Shown piece after piece: positions 1 through 8,590 of a DNA stretch of 11,834 bases. Source of the stretch: Promethearchaeota archaeon (GTDB lineage Archaea; Asgardarchaeota; Hermodarchaeia; Hermodarchaeales; Hermodarchaeaceae); contig JBHLMI010000046.1 of the NCBI GenBank assembly GCA_048938295.1, positions 1-11,834 on the forward strand. The letters are read 5' to 3'. The position numbers were made by a program, and so were the translations under genes. The notes under the pieces were generated by a model. That model saw nothing but the letters and a program-made list of their open reading frames with translations, did no database searches and was not told where the DNA came from. Numbering within the stretch: position 1 is the first letter of the stretch; every line of letters starts with the position of its first letter.

Positions 1-864
1 CTTTACTTGACGATTAAACTCGGTAAAGAAACCGTCGACCTTCTAATGGATCGCGCACCGTCGGATTTGACCGTTCCTATCCGGCAGGCGATTGAACAAA
101 TCGATGGCATCAAAGAGTGTAGCCGAATCCGACTGCGAAAAGCCGGACCAATGACCTTCGTCGATATTGTATGCCATGCCGAGCCAGCTATTCCCCTCCA
201 CACTGCACATGAGATTAGCGTCAATGCCCGAAAAACCGCAGAACAAATCATAGGTCGTGCCGATGTCGTCGTCCATATGGACCTCGTCTCAAAGCAGCAT
301 CCACACTTGGGTCAAACCATTCGAAAAGAAACGAAGAACTTCCCTTGGATCAAAGACCTCCAGGGCATCGACAGCTTCGAAACAGACGAGTACATCACCC
401 TTGTGTTAGAACTCCAGATTGACCCACAAATGAGACTCGACGAAGCCCATCACCTCGTTTCAAAATTTGAAACCCATATCCAATCACAATACCCTTTCAT
501 CAAAGAAATCACCACCCACCTTGAACCCAGCCGCGCTCCCACACCAACCACTCACGATCCTAAAACCATCGAAACCCAAATCATTGCACTCGTACACAAA
601 AGCCCACAACTACACAATTGCCATGACATCCAACTGATCCCCCTCTCAGAGAACCTCTACAACCTTACCTTCCACTGTGAAGCACCTCCAAGTTTCACAG
701 TCGAAGAACTCCACGCCGCAACCACCCTCCTCGAAGACGAAATCCGCGAACAACTCCCAATCTTCTCACAAATCATCATTCACAACGAACCACTAAAACG
801 CAAAACGAAGACCAAAAAGGATCAAAAAGAGAAGGAGATTCCTCCCAAAAAAACGAATACCTAA
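1..864 (+). CDS. Cation diffusion facilitator (FieF/CDF) family transporter, C-terminal part with three tandem ZT_dimer-like domains; 5' end outside the window
   Basis: Frame is open from base 1. End of the last TM helix (LYLTIKLGKETVDLLMD) is followed by three repeats of the CDF cytoplasmic pattern (R.RKAG..FVD...H..AH; LDEAHHLV...THLEP; LHNCHDI...IIIHNEP). The last 22 aa are a K-rich tail encoded by an actin relic. Confidence 0.85.
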   Translation, partial: LYLTIKLGKETVDLLMDRAPSDLTVPIRQAIEQIDGIKECSRIRLRKAGPMTFVDIVCHAEPAIPLHTAHEISVNARKTAEQIIGRADVVVHMDLVSKQHPHLGQTIRKETKNFPWIKDLQGIDSFETDEYITLVLELQIDPQMRLDEAHHLVSKFETHIQSQYPFIKEITTHLEPSRAPTPTTHDPKTIETQIIALVHKSPQLHNCHDIQLIPLSENLYNLTFHCEAPPSFTVEELHAATTLLEDEIREQLPIFSQIIIHNEPLKRKTKTKKDQKEKEIPPKKTNT

Positions 865-920
865 ATGCAGTGATGGATCACTCTAGCTCCTCACTCCATG
901 TCCTTATTTTTTAGTTACCT
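824..920 (-). repeat. Actin 3'-end relic R1 (strongly decayed)
   Basis: aaaaagagaaggagattcctcccaaaaaaacgaatac is followed by cta aat gca gtg atg gat cac tct agc tcc tca ctc cat. The minus strand reads M-E-*-G-A-R-V-I-H-H-C-I-* versus actin [12 protein letters not shown]. One hairpin arm (cctccc) and the spacer are retained, and agt tac (T,V) sits at 913-918. Confidence 0.7.
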
Positions 921-967
921 ACGTAAATCTGAAAGGTTAAAGAGGAAGCTTCCACCATTACCCACAA

Positions 968-1945
968 ATGCGGGTTTTATTAACCGGAGCCTTTGGAAAT
1001 ATCGGGGAAAGTACCCTATTAGCTCTATTTGAACAGAGCCATAAGATACGCTGCTTTGATTTACTCACAGCACAAAATGAGAAAACTGCCAAGAGACTGC
1101 TTAAGTATGGCGATTTTGACACTGTTTGGGGTGATGTTCGCGATGTCGACACCACTAGGAAGATCGTTGAGAACGTCGAATGTATCATCCATTTGGCGGC
1201 AATTCTTCCCCCTGTAAGCGAACGAGACGCTGAATTTACCAATGCCGTGAATGTTGGCGGCACAGCGCGGCTAATCGAAGCCGCAGAAACATTATCGGTA
1301 AAACCCAAATTCGTCTATGCTAGCTCCATATCAATATTTGGACCCACAATGCATCTTCCTCCACCAAGGACCGCGGAGGATCCCCTTAGTCCAACCGACG
1401 TCTATACCACCACGAAGGTCAAATGTGAAACGGCGCTCCGGGCGAGTACCCTTCCCTGGACCATCTTACGTTTGGCAGCTGTCCCTCCCATACGCATCGG
1501 TGGCGACATCGACCCGATGTTATTCGAAATGCCCCTTGACCAACGAATCGAATTTGTCCACACCCGCGATGTCGGCACAGCCTTTGCTAACGCTGTAACA
1601 GCCGACACCACGGGCAAGGTGCTCCTAATTGGAGGCGGGAAATCCAGTCAGATGCATCAACGCGAATTCATCGCCAAACCCCTTAACGCCATGGGAGTCG
1701 GAATGCTCCCTGAATCTGCCTTCCGCGTCGCCACGAAGCCTGAAGAGTGGTATTATACCGATTGGCTGGACACCACCGAATCCCAACACCTCTTGCAATA
1801 CCAAAACCACACCTTCGACGAATACGTCGACGACCTCAAAGACGCCATCGGATTCAAACGCTACTTCGCACGACTCTTCCGAGGTTTCGCCCAAAAACGC
1901 CTCCTCGCCCAATCACCCTACTACCAAGAACCGAAGAATTCCTAA
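968..1945 (+). CDS. NAD-dependent epimerase/dehydratase (extended SDR) family protein
   Basis: N-terminal Rossmann motif VLLTGAFGNIG, IIHLAA, NVGGT, YASSISIFG and catalytic YxxxK (YTTTK). Confidence 0.92.
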   Translation: MRVLLTGAFGNIGESTLLALFEQSHKIRCFDLLTAQNEKTAKRLLKYGDFDTVWGDVRDVDTTRKIVENVECIIHLAAILPPVSERDAEFTNAVNVGGTARLIEAAETLSVKPKFVYASSISIFGPTMHLPPPRTAEDPLSPTDVYTTTKVKCETALRASTLPWTILRLAAVPPIRIGGDIDPMLFEMPLDQRIEFVHTRDVGTAFANAVTADTTGKVLLIGGGKSSQMHQREFIAKPLNAMGVGMLPESAFRVATKPEEWYYTDWLDTTESQHLLQYQNHTFDEYVDDLKDAIGFKRYFARLFRGFAQKRLLAQSPYYQEPKNS

Positions 1946-2039
1946 ATAGGATTCCACTCACCATCCTAGGCTAAGCTTATCTGTACAACAAGAAGTATCA
2001 TGAAAGTCAGTAATGAATGGGATTACTCATTTCTGAAGG

Positions 2040-2750
2040 ATGGATAAGGTGACGCGTTGGTCACAACAAGAAATCAGCCAGTTAGCACCGATTTTAATGC
2101 AGATGGAGCAAGATCTGTACCCTCTTAACGAAAAACAAATTTGTGTTCTCTGTAGTGGATTTGGAGAACTCGTGTTTCGTCTGGATAAAAAAATGAGGCA
2201 AAAAGGAAAAATTATCGGACTTGAACGCAGCAGAAAAGCATTACAGCAAGCCAAAACCTTTGCAGCACAAAATCAATTTCGTGCTCAAAGTTCCTTTCAA
2301 TTAATAACTAAGAATAAACTCCCTTATGCGAACCACACCTTCGATGCCCTCGTCAGTGAATTTATTATCTATCCAACGCCACTTCCAACCGAAATTGGCC
2401 AGTTGGAGATGGCTCGCGTAGTAAAACCAGGTGGAACAATCCTTCTCACTGATGTTTTACGAACACACCCCATGTCTAAAAAGGAGACCCAGGCTCTCAA
2501 GCACATCGATATTCACTATCTTTGTGACGCTACATTTTCAGATTTTCAAACCTGGATGACAGCCGCAGGCCTCACTAACATTACAATTCGTGATTTTACA
2601 CCTTTATTGCAAACGATTTGGAGCCAACGGGCGGCAAAAAACACAGATAAGACCCACCGAGTGGGGTACAACCTCCTCCTTCACGATAACAAACTAAAAT
2701 TAGGTGAAGGCATTTTCTATATTTACGCCAAAGGCAATACACCCCCATAG
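2040..2750 (+). CDS. Class I SAM-dependent methyltransferase (Methyltransf_11/UbiE-like)
   Basis: Degenerate motif I (VLCSGFGEL), acidic post-I (IIGLE), LPYANHTFDALVSE, EMARVVKPGGTILLTD. Confidence 0.85.
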   Translation: MDKVTRWSQQEISQLAPILMQMEQDLYPLNEKQICVLCSGFGELVFRLDKKMRQKGKIIGLERSRKALQQAKTFAAQNQFRAQSSFQLITKNKLPYANHTFDALVSEFIIYPTPLPTEIGQLEMARVVKPGGTILLTDVLRTHPMSKKETQALKHIDIHYLCDATFSDFQTWMTAAGLTNITIRDFTPLLQTIWSQRAAKNTDKTHRVGYNLLLHDNKLKLGEGIFYIYAKGNTPP

Positions 2751-2808
2751 CCATCCGGTTTAATTCATAAGGTGAAACAGAATAGTATTGTATAGAGAGG
2801 CTGGGTTT

Positions 2809-3069
2809 ATGTCCGAACAAAGCATGAAAACACCCATTGGAAAAGTCACCAACTATTACTCAAAAATCAATGTAGCCGTCATCGAATTATCCGCCCCTTT
2901 GAAACAAGGTGACGAAATCGCCATCAAAGGCGCAACGACGGAGTTCACACAAACCGTGGAATCCATGCAAATCGAACGCAAAAACATTGAATCCTCACAA
3001 GCGGGTCAAGCCATCGGATTAAAAGTCAAAGAGCGAGTCCGAATAGGCGATACCGTCTACCGCATTTAG
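2809..3069 (+). CDS. Small translation-elongation-factor-like protein (EF-Tu domain II-like / U32 peptidase C-terminal-like beta-barrel)
   Basis: IGKVTNYYSKINVAVIELSAPLKQGDEIAIKG...VESMQIERKNIESSQAGQAIGLKV..RVRIGDTVY. ATG 2809 is preferred over the TTG at 2788. Confidence 0.8.
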   Translation: MSEQSMKTPIGKVTNYYSKINVAVIELSAPLKQGDEIAIKGATTEFTQTVESMQIERKNIESSQAGQAIGLKVKERVRIGDTVYRI

Positions 3070-3110
3070 TAAAACTAGCCCCCTGAGTTTCTAATCACAC
3101 CACTCAACCA

Positions 3111-3166
3111 AACAAAAAAAAGGAGGCCACGCGCCCCACCTGAAAACCGCGATGAAAGACAGTAGC
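3111..3166 (-). repeat. Actin 3'-end relic R2 (barely recognisable)
   Basis: A-tract plus ggagg half-hairpin, then ctg aaa acc gcg atg aaa gac agt agc. The minus strand reads A-T-V-F-H-R-G-F-Q versus actin A-G-V-I-H-R-C-F-* (5/9 identical). It occupies the expected intergenic position. Confidence 0.45.
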
Positions 3167-3232
3167 TCTGAGTGAATCTTTCTCTGCACGCTTGAAATTA
3201 ATAAAAACCCATACTAAAAAGAAGAGGCTGCA

Positions 3233-3988
3233 ATGATGTCTCAACGTGCCTTGGTACGTGAACCCGGAGCTCAATTTACTCACTGCATTTCTTCACACCC
3301 ATTACATCATACCGTCAATGTTGCTCGAGCACGAACACAACATTCAGAATACGTTAACATGTTAACTGAACTGGGGCTTGAAGTCATTCAGTTGCCTCGT
3401 GACGATACTTACCCAGATTCTTGTTTTGTTGAAGATACCGCTGTTATCCATTCTGGTAAAGCCCTCATAACCCGCCTTACCAAGCAGAGTCGTCGAGGCG
3501 AAGAAGATTCAGTTGAGGAACTACTTCAAGAGTATTTACCTGTGCAGCGCATCATGGCTCCAGGCACCCTCGAGGGAGGAGATGTGATTCGGTTACCCAC
3601 CCGAATAATCTGCGGGATTAGCCAGCGTACAAATCGTGCTGGCATGGAACAGATGCAGACTTATTTTGGCGTGCCTGTCGATACCATTACTGATCCACAC
3701 CTCATTCACCTGAAAAGTCATGTAACCTACCTGAACCATAACATCATGCTCACCACTCAGACCTACACACACCACCCAATCCTAGCTGACTTCGAAGTCC
3801 TCGTCGTCCCCGAAAACGAGCAATACGCAGCCAACACTCTCACCATCGACGACACCGTGATCATGCTTACCGGATACCCGCAAACCCAACAACTTATCAA
3901 AGACACAGGTTTCGAAGTTATCAGCCTAAATATAAGCGAAATCACCAAATGCGACGGCGCCCTAACCTGCCTATCACTCCTATTCTGA
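3233..3988 (+). CDS. Dimethylarginine dimethylaminohydrolase / amidinotransferase family protein
   Basis: PDSCFVED, LEGGDV, HLKS and C-terminal GALTCLS (catalytic Cys) motifs. Confidence 0.92.
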   Translation: MMSQRALVREPGAQFTHCISSHPLHHTVNVARARTQHSEYVNMLTELGLEVIQLPRDDTYPDSCFVEDTAVIHSGKALITRLTKQSRRGEEDSVEELLQEYLPVQRIMAPGTLEGGDVIRLPTRIICGISQRTNRAGMEQMQTYFGVPVDTITDPHLIHLKSHVTYLNHNIMLTTQTYTHHPILADFEVLVVPENEQYAANTLTIDDTVIMLTGYPQTQQLIKDTGFEVISLNISEITKCDGALTCLSLLF

Positions 3989-4014
3989 GCCGTTCGCATT
4001 CACACAGATAAACT

Positions 4015-4114
4015 AGAGAAAAAAGGGAGGATACGCCGCCCAAAAAAACGGTTACCGTAGAAGCCGCGAGGGATTACTCCAGCACCCTACTCCATACGCT
4101 CAATGCCGTAACCT
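4015..4114 (-). repeat. Actin 3'-end relic R3 (decayed)
   Basis: A-tract, imperfect hairpin gggagg-atacg-ccgccc, spacer aaaaaaacggttacc, then gta gaa gcc gcg agg gat tac tcc agc acc cta ctc cat. The minus strand reads M-E-*-G-A-G-V-I-P-R-G-F; cgt aac (T,V) sits at 4107-4112. Confidence 0.8.
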
Positions 4115-4180
4115 ACTAGGAATCTTCAAACACTCACTATTGGTTACAGCAAAAAGTTGACTGTGTTGATGTTATTAAAC

Positions 4181-4197
4181 ATTCAATTTGAATATAA
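4181..4197. promoter_or_regulatory. Inverted repeat ATTCAA-T-TTGAAT overlapping a TATA-like AATATAA upstream of acr3; candidate repressor operator/promoter
   Basis: Perfect 6-1-6 palindrome at 4181-4193, about 80 bp upstream of the ATG at 4271. Function is inferred. Confidence 0.35.
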
Positions 4198-4270
4198 GAC
4201 CAAAGAGTTGATATTTTCTTCTAATTCGGATAACCGTACTCGACTAGAATTCAAATACGGAATTAAAGCA

Positions 4271-5317
4271 ATGTCAAATAACAATGAAGCACCAGTTGTA
4301 ATGGGGCTTTTTGAGAAATATCTAACTTTTTGGATTCTTTCTTTTATGGCTCTAGGTTTGCTCGTTGGATGGCTCTTCCCCACATTCGCTATCACATTAG
4401 CTAGCCTGCAATTTGCAGGATTTTCAATTCCTATTGCGATTTGCCTTTTTTTCATGATGTTTCCAACCCTCATCAACATTGAGTACCGTGAAATCAAGTA
4501 CGCCGTGAAATATCCAAAACCCCTCATTATCACACTCGTAGCTAACTGGATAGTGAATCCCATCCTCGGTTTTGTGCTCGCCAGCACCATACTTGCAGCT
4601 AACCCACAATACGTATTCGGAATTATTCTACTTGCAGTATCACCGTGCACCGCAATGGTCCTCTTTTGGAATAAGTACGCCAAGGGCAACATCAATCTCG
4701 GATTGGTAATCACTTCCATTAACTCCATTCTCATCCTGTTCCTTTATGCACCCCTTGCCTCCTTCTTTATTGGCCTCTATGTTCCCGTACCCTTCATTAC
4801 TCTCCTAGTTGGCACTATGTTCTTCCTCGTCCTCCCCCTAATAACCGGGATTCTCACCAAACGTTATATCTACAAAACAAAAGGTCAAGAATGGTTTGCC
4901 AGATCCTTCAAGCCCATTCTTGACAAAATTGCCATCTTTGCTCTCCTTCTCACACTCGTCGTTCTCTTTTCCTTCCAAGGCCAAGTCATCCTCACCCAAC
5001 CGCTGAATGTCCTCTGGATCAGCAGTGTTCTCTTACTAAACTATGTTATCATGTTCACCTCCGTGTTTGTCATCTGCTACAAACTCGGATTTACCTACAA
5101 ACAAACCGTCACCGTCACAATCATCTCCAGCAGCTCACATTTTGAAATCGCCATAGCCACCGCCATCCTCCTCTTTGGCCCAGGATCCGCCGCCGCATTC
5201 GCCACCGTCATCGGCGTCCTCTGGGAAGTTCCACTCATGGTCGCCTTCATCAAACTCGCCCTCAGACTACAACCAAAGCTTTGGAAACCCCCAGCATCAA
5301 GTCCTCCGAACCCCTAA
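4271..5317 (+). CDS. acr3: ACR3 family arsenite efflux transporter
   Basis: FEKYLTFWI, IPIAICLFFMMFP, LVANW, GIILLAVSPCTAMVLFW, SSSHFEIAIATA, IGVLWEVPLM. ATG 4271 is preferred because the ORF-track extension from 4157 is not protein-like. Confidence 0.93.
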   Translation: MSNNNEAPVVMGLFEKYLTFWILSFMALGLLVGWLFPTFAITLASLQFAGFSIPIAICLFFMMFPTLINIEYREIKYAVKYPKPLIITLVANWIVNPILGFVLASTILAANPQYVFGIILLAVSPCTAMVLFWNKYAKGNINLGLVITSINSILILFLYAPLASFFIGLYVPVPFITLLVGTMFFLVLPLITGILTKRYIYKTKGQEWFARSFKPILDKIAIFALLLTLVVLFSFQGQVILTQPLNVLWISSVLLLNYVIMFTSVFVICYKLGFTYKQTVTVTIISSSSHFEIAIATAILLFGPGSAAAFATVIGVLWEVPLMVAFIKLALRLQPKLWKPPASSPPNP

Positions 5318-5333
5318 TCCCATTCACCCAACT

Positions 5334-5373
5334 AAAAAAAGAGAAAGGGGAGGCCAAGCCTCCCAAAGTTACT
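5334..5373 (-). terminator. Actin-type terminator: left (terminator/spacer) half of split relic R4, now terminating the 5369-5686 gene
   Basis: aaaaaaagagaaaggggaggccaagcctcccaaagttactt matches the actin A-tract, hairpin and spacer (gttactt versus gctactt in R6) but no actin codons follow. Confidence 0.8.
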
Positions 5374-5686
5374 TGAGGTCACTCACATCAATACCCGGTC
5401 GGAGTAATCGAATACTGATATCATCGAGAAGCCCGGAAGAAATGGCCATCATTTTTTGCACGTCCGCATTTCCATAGAACTTTGCGAACTTCTCCATGCT
5501 CTCAAAGGGGATCCAATACATGATTCGCCCAGTATTGTCCGCCCAAAACGTTACGTCAGGACTAATCAATCCCTTTTTCAGCCATTCCTCTGTTTTCCCA
5601 CCCAGCTTCTCTTGCCAATCTAACAGTTGTTTCCCTCGAACCTCATCCTTAGGTGTACGATACTCAACACACAAGACGCATTTCAA
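5369..5686 (-). CDS. Hypothetical protein (~105 aa)
   Basis: Open frame. A perfect Shine-Dalgarno GGAGGTGA (plus strand tcacctcc, 5692-5699) lies 5 nt before a TTG at 5686, giving MKCVLCVEYRTPKDE... The stop lies inside the relic spacer. Confidence 0.7.
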   Translation of the reverse strand: MKCVLCVEYRTPKDEVRGKQLLDWQEKLGGKTEEWLKKGLISPDVTFWADNTGRIMYWIPFESMEKFAKFYGNADVQKMMAISSGLLDDISIRLLRPGIDVSDLK

Positions 5687-5882
5687 TGATCTCACCTCCA
5701 TTCCAGTAACCATCGAAGTGAAAAAGCCCATGCAGGTAGAGTAACTGATGCCATTCGGCCCTCCAAAGGCTAGCCACCCTTATGACAAATATAGTATTTA
5801 TATCCGAGGTTTTACGAATTTCCACCCGACAAAAACCCAGAGGCTGCAGAAGTCAGGCCACAGCATTTCCTTAACACAACCA

Positions 5883-5937
5883 CTAGGGAAGCACCGATGA
5901 ATCACATCAGCACTCTGCCCCATGTATCATGTAACCC
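5883..5937 (-). repeat. Right (coding) half of split actin relic R4
   Basis: cta gg gaa gca ccg atg aat cac atc agc act ctg ccc cat gta ... tgt aac cc. The minus strand reads Y-M-G-Q-S-A-D-V-I-H-R-C-F. No hairpin is adjacent. Confidence 0.8.
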
Positions 5938-5996
5938 TCGTTGACCTGCGTAATTTTATATCCACCAAGTGTGTAGAACACCTGAGGAAGAGCAGA

Positions 5997-6443
5997 ATGG
6001 CCACAGCAGGTTATGCCCGATATGAAATCGAAGGTCACATCGAAGAAGTCATCAATGTTTTGGAGCCACAATTTGGCGACTCCTTCACCCGAACCTATGA
6101 ACATAATGGACGATGCGTCCTTGCCATCCTCCTCACCGATCAATACGCATTTCTAACCAACAGCCACGTTGCTGTCACAATCATCCTTCGAACCCACGAT
6201 TACCTAGTCATCATGGACGTCATCGGCTACGGCGGTAGCAGCGGATTGATAGGCCTCGACTGGGGAAGCAACAAAAGCATCGTCCACGACGTTCACAGAC
6301 ACCTAACTAAACATGGCTTCAAAATCACTCGCACCCAGTTCACCGAACTCTCCAAACACCATGACCATCGCATAAAACAGTACCCACGAACCGAACCCAT
6401 CCTCGCAAATGACCCAGACTACTTCGAACCGCCAATCGATTAG
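5997..6443 (+). CDS. Hypothetical protein, DUF6054-like
   Basis: The segment VAVTIIL...MDVIGYGGSSGLIGLDWGSNKSIV recalls the GG..G.F..DWGAE motif of DUF6054 (from memory, not searched). The start may be ATG 5997 or ATG 5922, which lies inside relic R4. Confidence 0.6.
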   Translation: MATAGYARYEIEGHIEEVINVLEPQFGDSFTRTYEHNGRCVLAILLTDQYAFLTNSHVAVTIILRTHDYLVIMDVIGYGGSSGLIGLDWGSNKSIVHDVHRHLTKHGFKITRTQFTELSKHHDHRIKQYPRTEPILANDPDYFEPPID

Positions 6444-6551
6444 CAAAATGGTAAATCGTCGAGAATATTCAATAGACCCAAAATTACCATTAGCACAGAA
6501 ACATGCTCGACTCAGAAAAAAAGCAGAACAATTCAAACAAAAAAGAACGCG

Positions 6552-6658
6552 AAAAAAGAATGAAAGGGGAGGCAAGCCTCCCAAAAAAATCGACTACTTT
6601 AGAAGCACCGATGAATAACATCAGCACCCTAGTCCAGGTATTCTTTCTTCGTAACCCA
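6552..6658 (-). repeat. Actin 3'-end relic R5 (type A UTR, internal nonsense codon)
   Basis: A-tract, perfect hairpin gggagg-caag-cctccc, stop at 6599-6601. The minus strand reads W-V-T-K-K-E-Y-L-D-*-G-A-D-V-I-H-R-C-F-*. Confidence 0.95.
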
Positions 6659-6744
6659 CTTCACTGTCGTATTTATCTACGGAAGTTGTTGAGTTTAGAC
6701 CACCAACTAAGCATAGTACCTCACCAAGAATTGTTGGAGCTAAA

Positions 6745-7203
6745 TCAGTGAGAACGAACAAAGGGAACATAATCAGTCATAGGCACTTCTCTCCCTAACG
6801 TCCGTAATGCCAAGACTAACTGTCCACGATGGTAGGTCGCATGATTTACCAAATGAAACACAAACTCCACCACCGATATTGAACGCCCCTGCCCTACCTC
6901 CACAACACCCTCAGAACCCAACTTCTTAAAATATCGCCTCCATCGCTGCTGCATCTCCTCAACCACACCAATAATCATGTTCACACTCATCGCAGAAAAC
7001 TCCGGTTCGTCCCAATCCTCACCGGACACATCCACCAACCACTCCCAATAATCATAGGCCAAATGGACACAAATATCACGGATACTCCGCGAATAAGCGC
7101 CCAACGGAGCAACACACTCCTCCTCCGAAACCTCAACCACCACACCAAAAACCACCTTGTCAGCCCAACTCAAGTATTCAAACAGTCGATCTACACACTC
7201 CAT
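6745..7203 (-). CDS. DinB/YfiT-like family protein
   Basis: SIRDICVHL and HLVNHATYHRGQ His triad, LRTLGREVPMTDY C-terminus. ATG 7203 is preceded by GGGTGGT. Confidence 0.88.
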   Translation of the reverse strand: MECVDRLFEYLSWADKVVFGVVVEVSEEECVAPLGAYSRSIRDICVHLAYDYWEWLVDVSGEDWDEPEFSAMSVNMIIGVVEEMQQRWRRYFKKLGSEGVVEVGQGRSISVVEFVFHLVNHATYHRGQLVLALRTLGREVPMTDYVPFVRSH

Positions 7204-7279
7204 AGACTTACCACCCAAACATCAAACCAATACAACCACCTACCACCCACAATAAATAAAAAATCAGGCTAAACCCCTA

Positions 7280-7387
7280 GAAAAGAGAAAAAAGGGAGGA
7301 CAAGCCTCCCAAAAATTCGGCTACTTAGAAGCAGCGATGAATTACGCCAGCACCCTGCTCCTTGTACTCCTTTTTGGTCACCCACAA
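7280..7387 (-). repeat. Actin 3'-end relic R6 (type A UTR, intact reading frame)
   Basis: A-tract, hairpin gggagg-acaag-cctccc, stop at 7325-7327. The minus strand reads [20 protein letters not shown], with 9 synonymous and 2 non-synonymous codon differences from actin. Confidence 0.97.
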
Positions 7388-7394
7388 CCATTTT

Positions 7395-8180
7395 TTAGGA
7401 AATCCGTTTGAGGAAATCTAAAACCACGGTATAAAATAGCTCACATCGTTTGTCTACATAATTCATGTGTGTCATATCGGGGATGATGGCTAATTCTGCC
7501 TGGGGTATCAAGCTAAGCATTTCGATCTGAGTTTCAAGGGGAACCGCTTCATCTTTATCCCCCACAATGAGGAGCGTAGGCACCTCAATCTTTGTAATAT
7601 CGTCCTGCGGATAGTTCGATGGATCCCTCCACATTTGAAGCTGCTTGTTAACGAAGATTTCCAAATACTCAGACCCGTAGACGTGACTATGCACAGCCCT
7701 CAAAGTCTTCTTAAGTTCTGGTTGGGAGTCAAGCCATTGGGGAACTGACAAAAGACCCTCCCGCGTCTTTTGTGTCAATTCATGCATTCCCCCACCCACA
7801 ACGAGGGCCGTAATGAAGTGAGGATACCGGATACCAATTTCTAACGCTATTTGCCCGCCATCACTCCAGCCACCGATAATCGGATTCACCAGATCTAAAG
7901 CCTTGGCTAACGCCACAACATCATCGGCCATGACTCGATAATTCATTAAGTCCTGGGGATTATCCGTGCGACCACACCCTCGACAATCCGGAGTAATTAC
8001 GCGAAAATGCTCTGCGAATCGCTTCCTAAGATCCCCCCACCCCAGACTCCCTGTAAGCAACCCACCATGGACCAGAATCAACGGAATCCCCTTGCCCCGA
8101 TCCTCATAATACATACGAAGCCCATTCGCATCCACATAGTGCCCAAACTCAGGTAACACCTTCAGCTCATCGTTCTTCAT
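7395..8180 (-). CDS. Alpha/beta fold hydrolase
   Basis: VHGG oxyanion motif, PDCRGCGRT, nucleophile elbow GWSDGG, GDKDE acid, THM His. SD-like GAGGTG before the ATG. Confidence 0.92.
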   Translation of the reverse strand: MKNDELKVLPEFGHYVDANGLRMYYEDRGKGIPLILVHGGLLTGSLGWGDLRKRFAEHFRVITPDCRGCGRTDNPQDLMNYRVMADDVVALAKALDLVNPIIGGWSDGGQIALEIGIRYPHFITALVVGGGMHELTQKTREGLLSVPQWLDSQPELKKTLRAVHSHVYGSEYLEIFVNKQLQMWRDPSNYPQDDITKIEVPTLLIVGDKDEAVPLETQIEMLSLIPQAELAIIPDMTHMNYVDKRCELFYTVVLDFLKRIS

Positions 8181-8321
8181 GTCAACACCTCGTAACCATT
8201 AAAGATCCCAGCCACTAAAAGGTTAGCCAGTAAGCCACCCAATAGATCCTTCTCTACCACTCAAACTTAGGCACATGAAACTAAGGGAAAAAGCAGAATA
8301 AATCGCACAACAAAGAGAACG

Positions 8322-8422
8322 AAAAAAAGAGAAAGAGGGGGAGGCACAGCCTCCCAATAATTGAAGACCGTTTAGAAGCAGCGATGAATAACACCAGCGC
8401 CCTGTTCCATGTATACTTTTTT
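8322..8422 (-). repeat. Actin 3'-end relic R7 (type B UTR)
   Basis: A-tract, hairpin gggaggc-aca-gcctccc, spacer aataattgaagaccgt, stop at 8372-8374. The minus strand reads [16 protein letters not shown]. Confidence 0.97.
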
Positions 8423-8590
8423 ACAAACCGAGTATATGCTTGAGATCATCACGGCACTTTTCGTTTAGCGAGAATGCCTAGCCTCTCCAGAATGTAATTA
8501 ACAGGCCTAGCTCTATGGCCTCCAGTAGTTTTCTTAGAGAATAATTGAGAAGATTAATAATCCACGTTCTCAACTCTATCTGTGATTGAA

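Noticed and set aside
1991-2020. agaagtatcatgaaagtcagtaatgaat as an actin relic
   Set aside because: The match to gaagcagcgatgaat is too weak and there is no hairpin or codon register.
2040-2750. arsM (arsenite methyltransferase) call, tempting given acr3 nearby
   Set aside because: The ArsM-type conserved cysteine motifs are not recognisable, and the gene lies in a different unit from acr3.
6409-6751. Short ORFs 6409-6618 and 6503-6751, and 9451-9687 similarly
   Set aside because: They are chance frames running through A-rich relic sequence with no family features.
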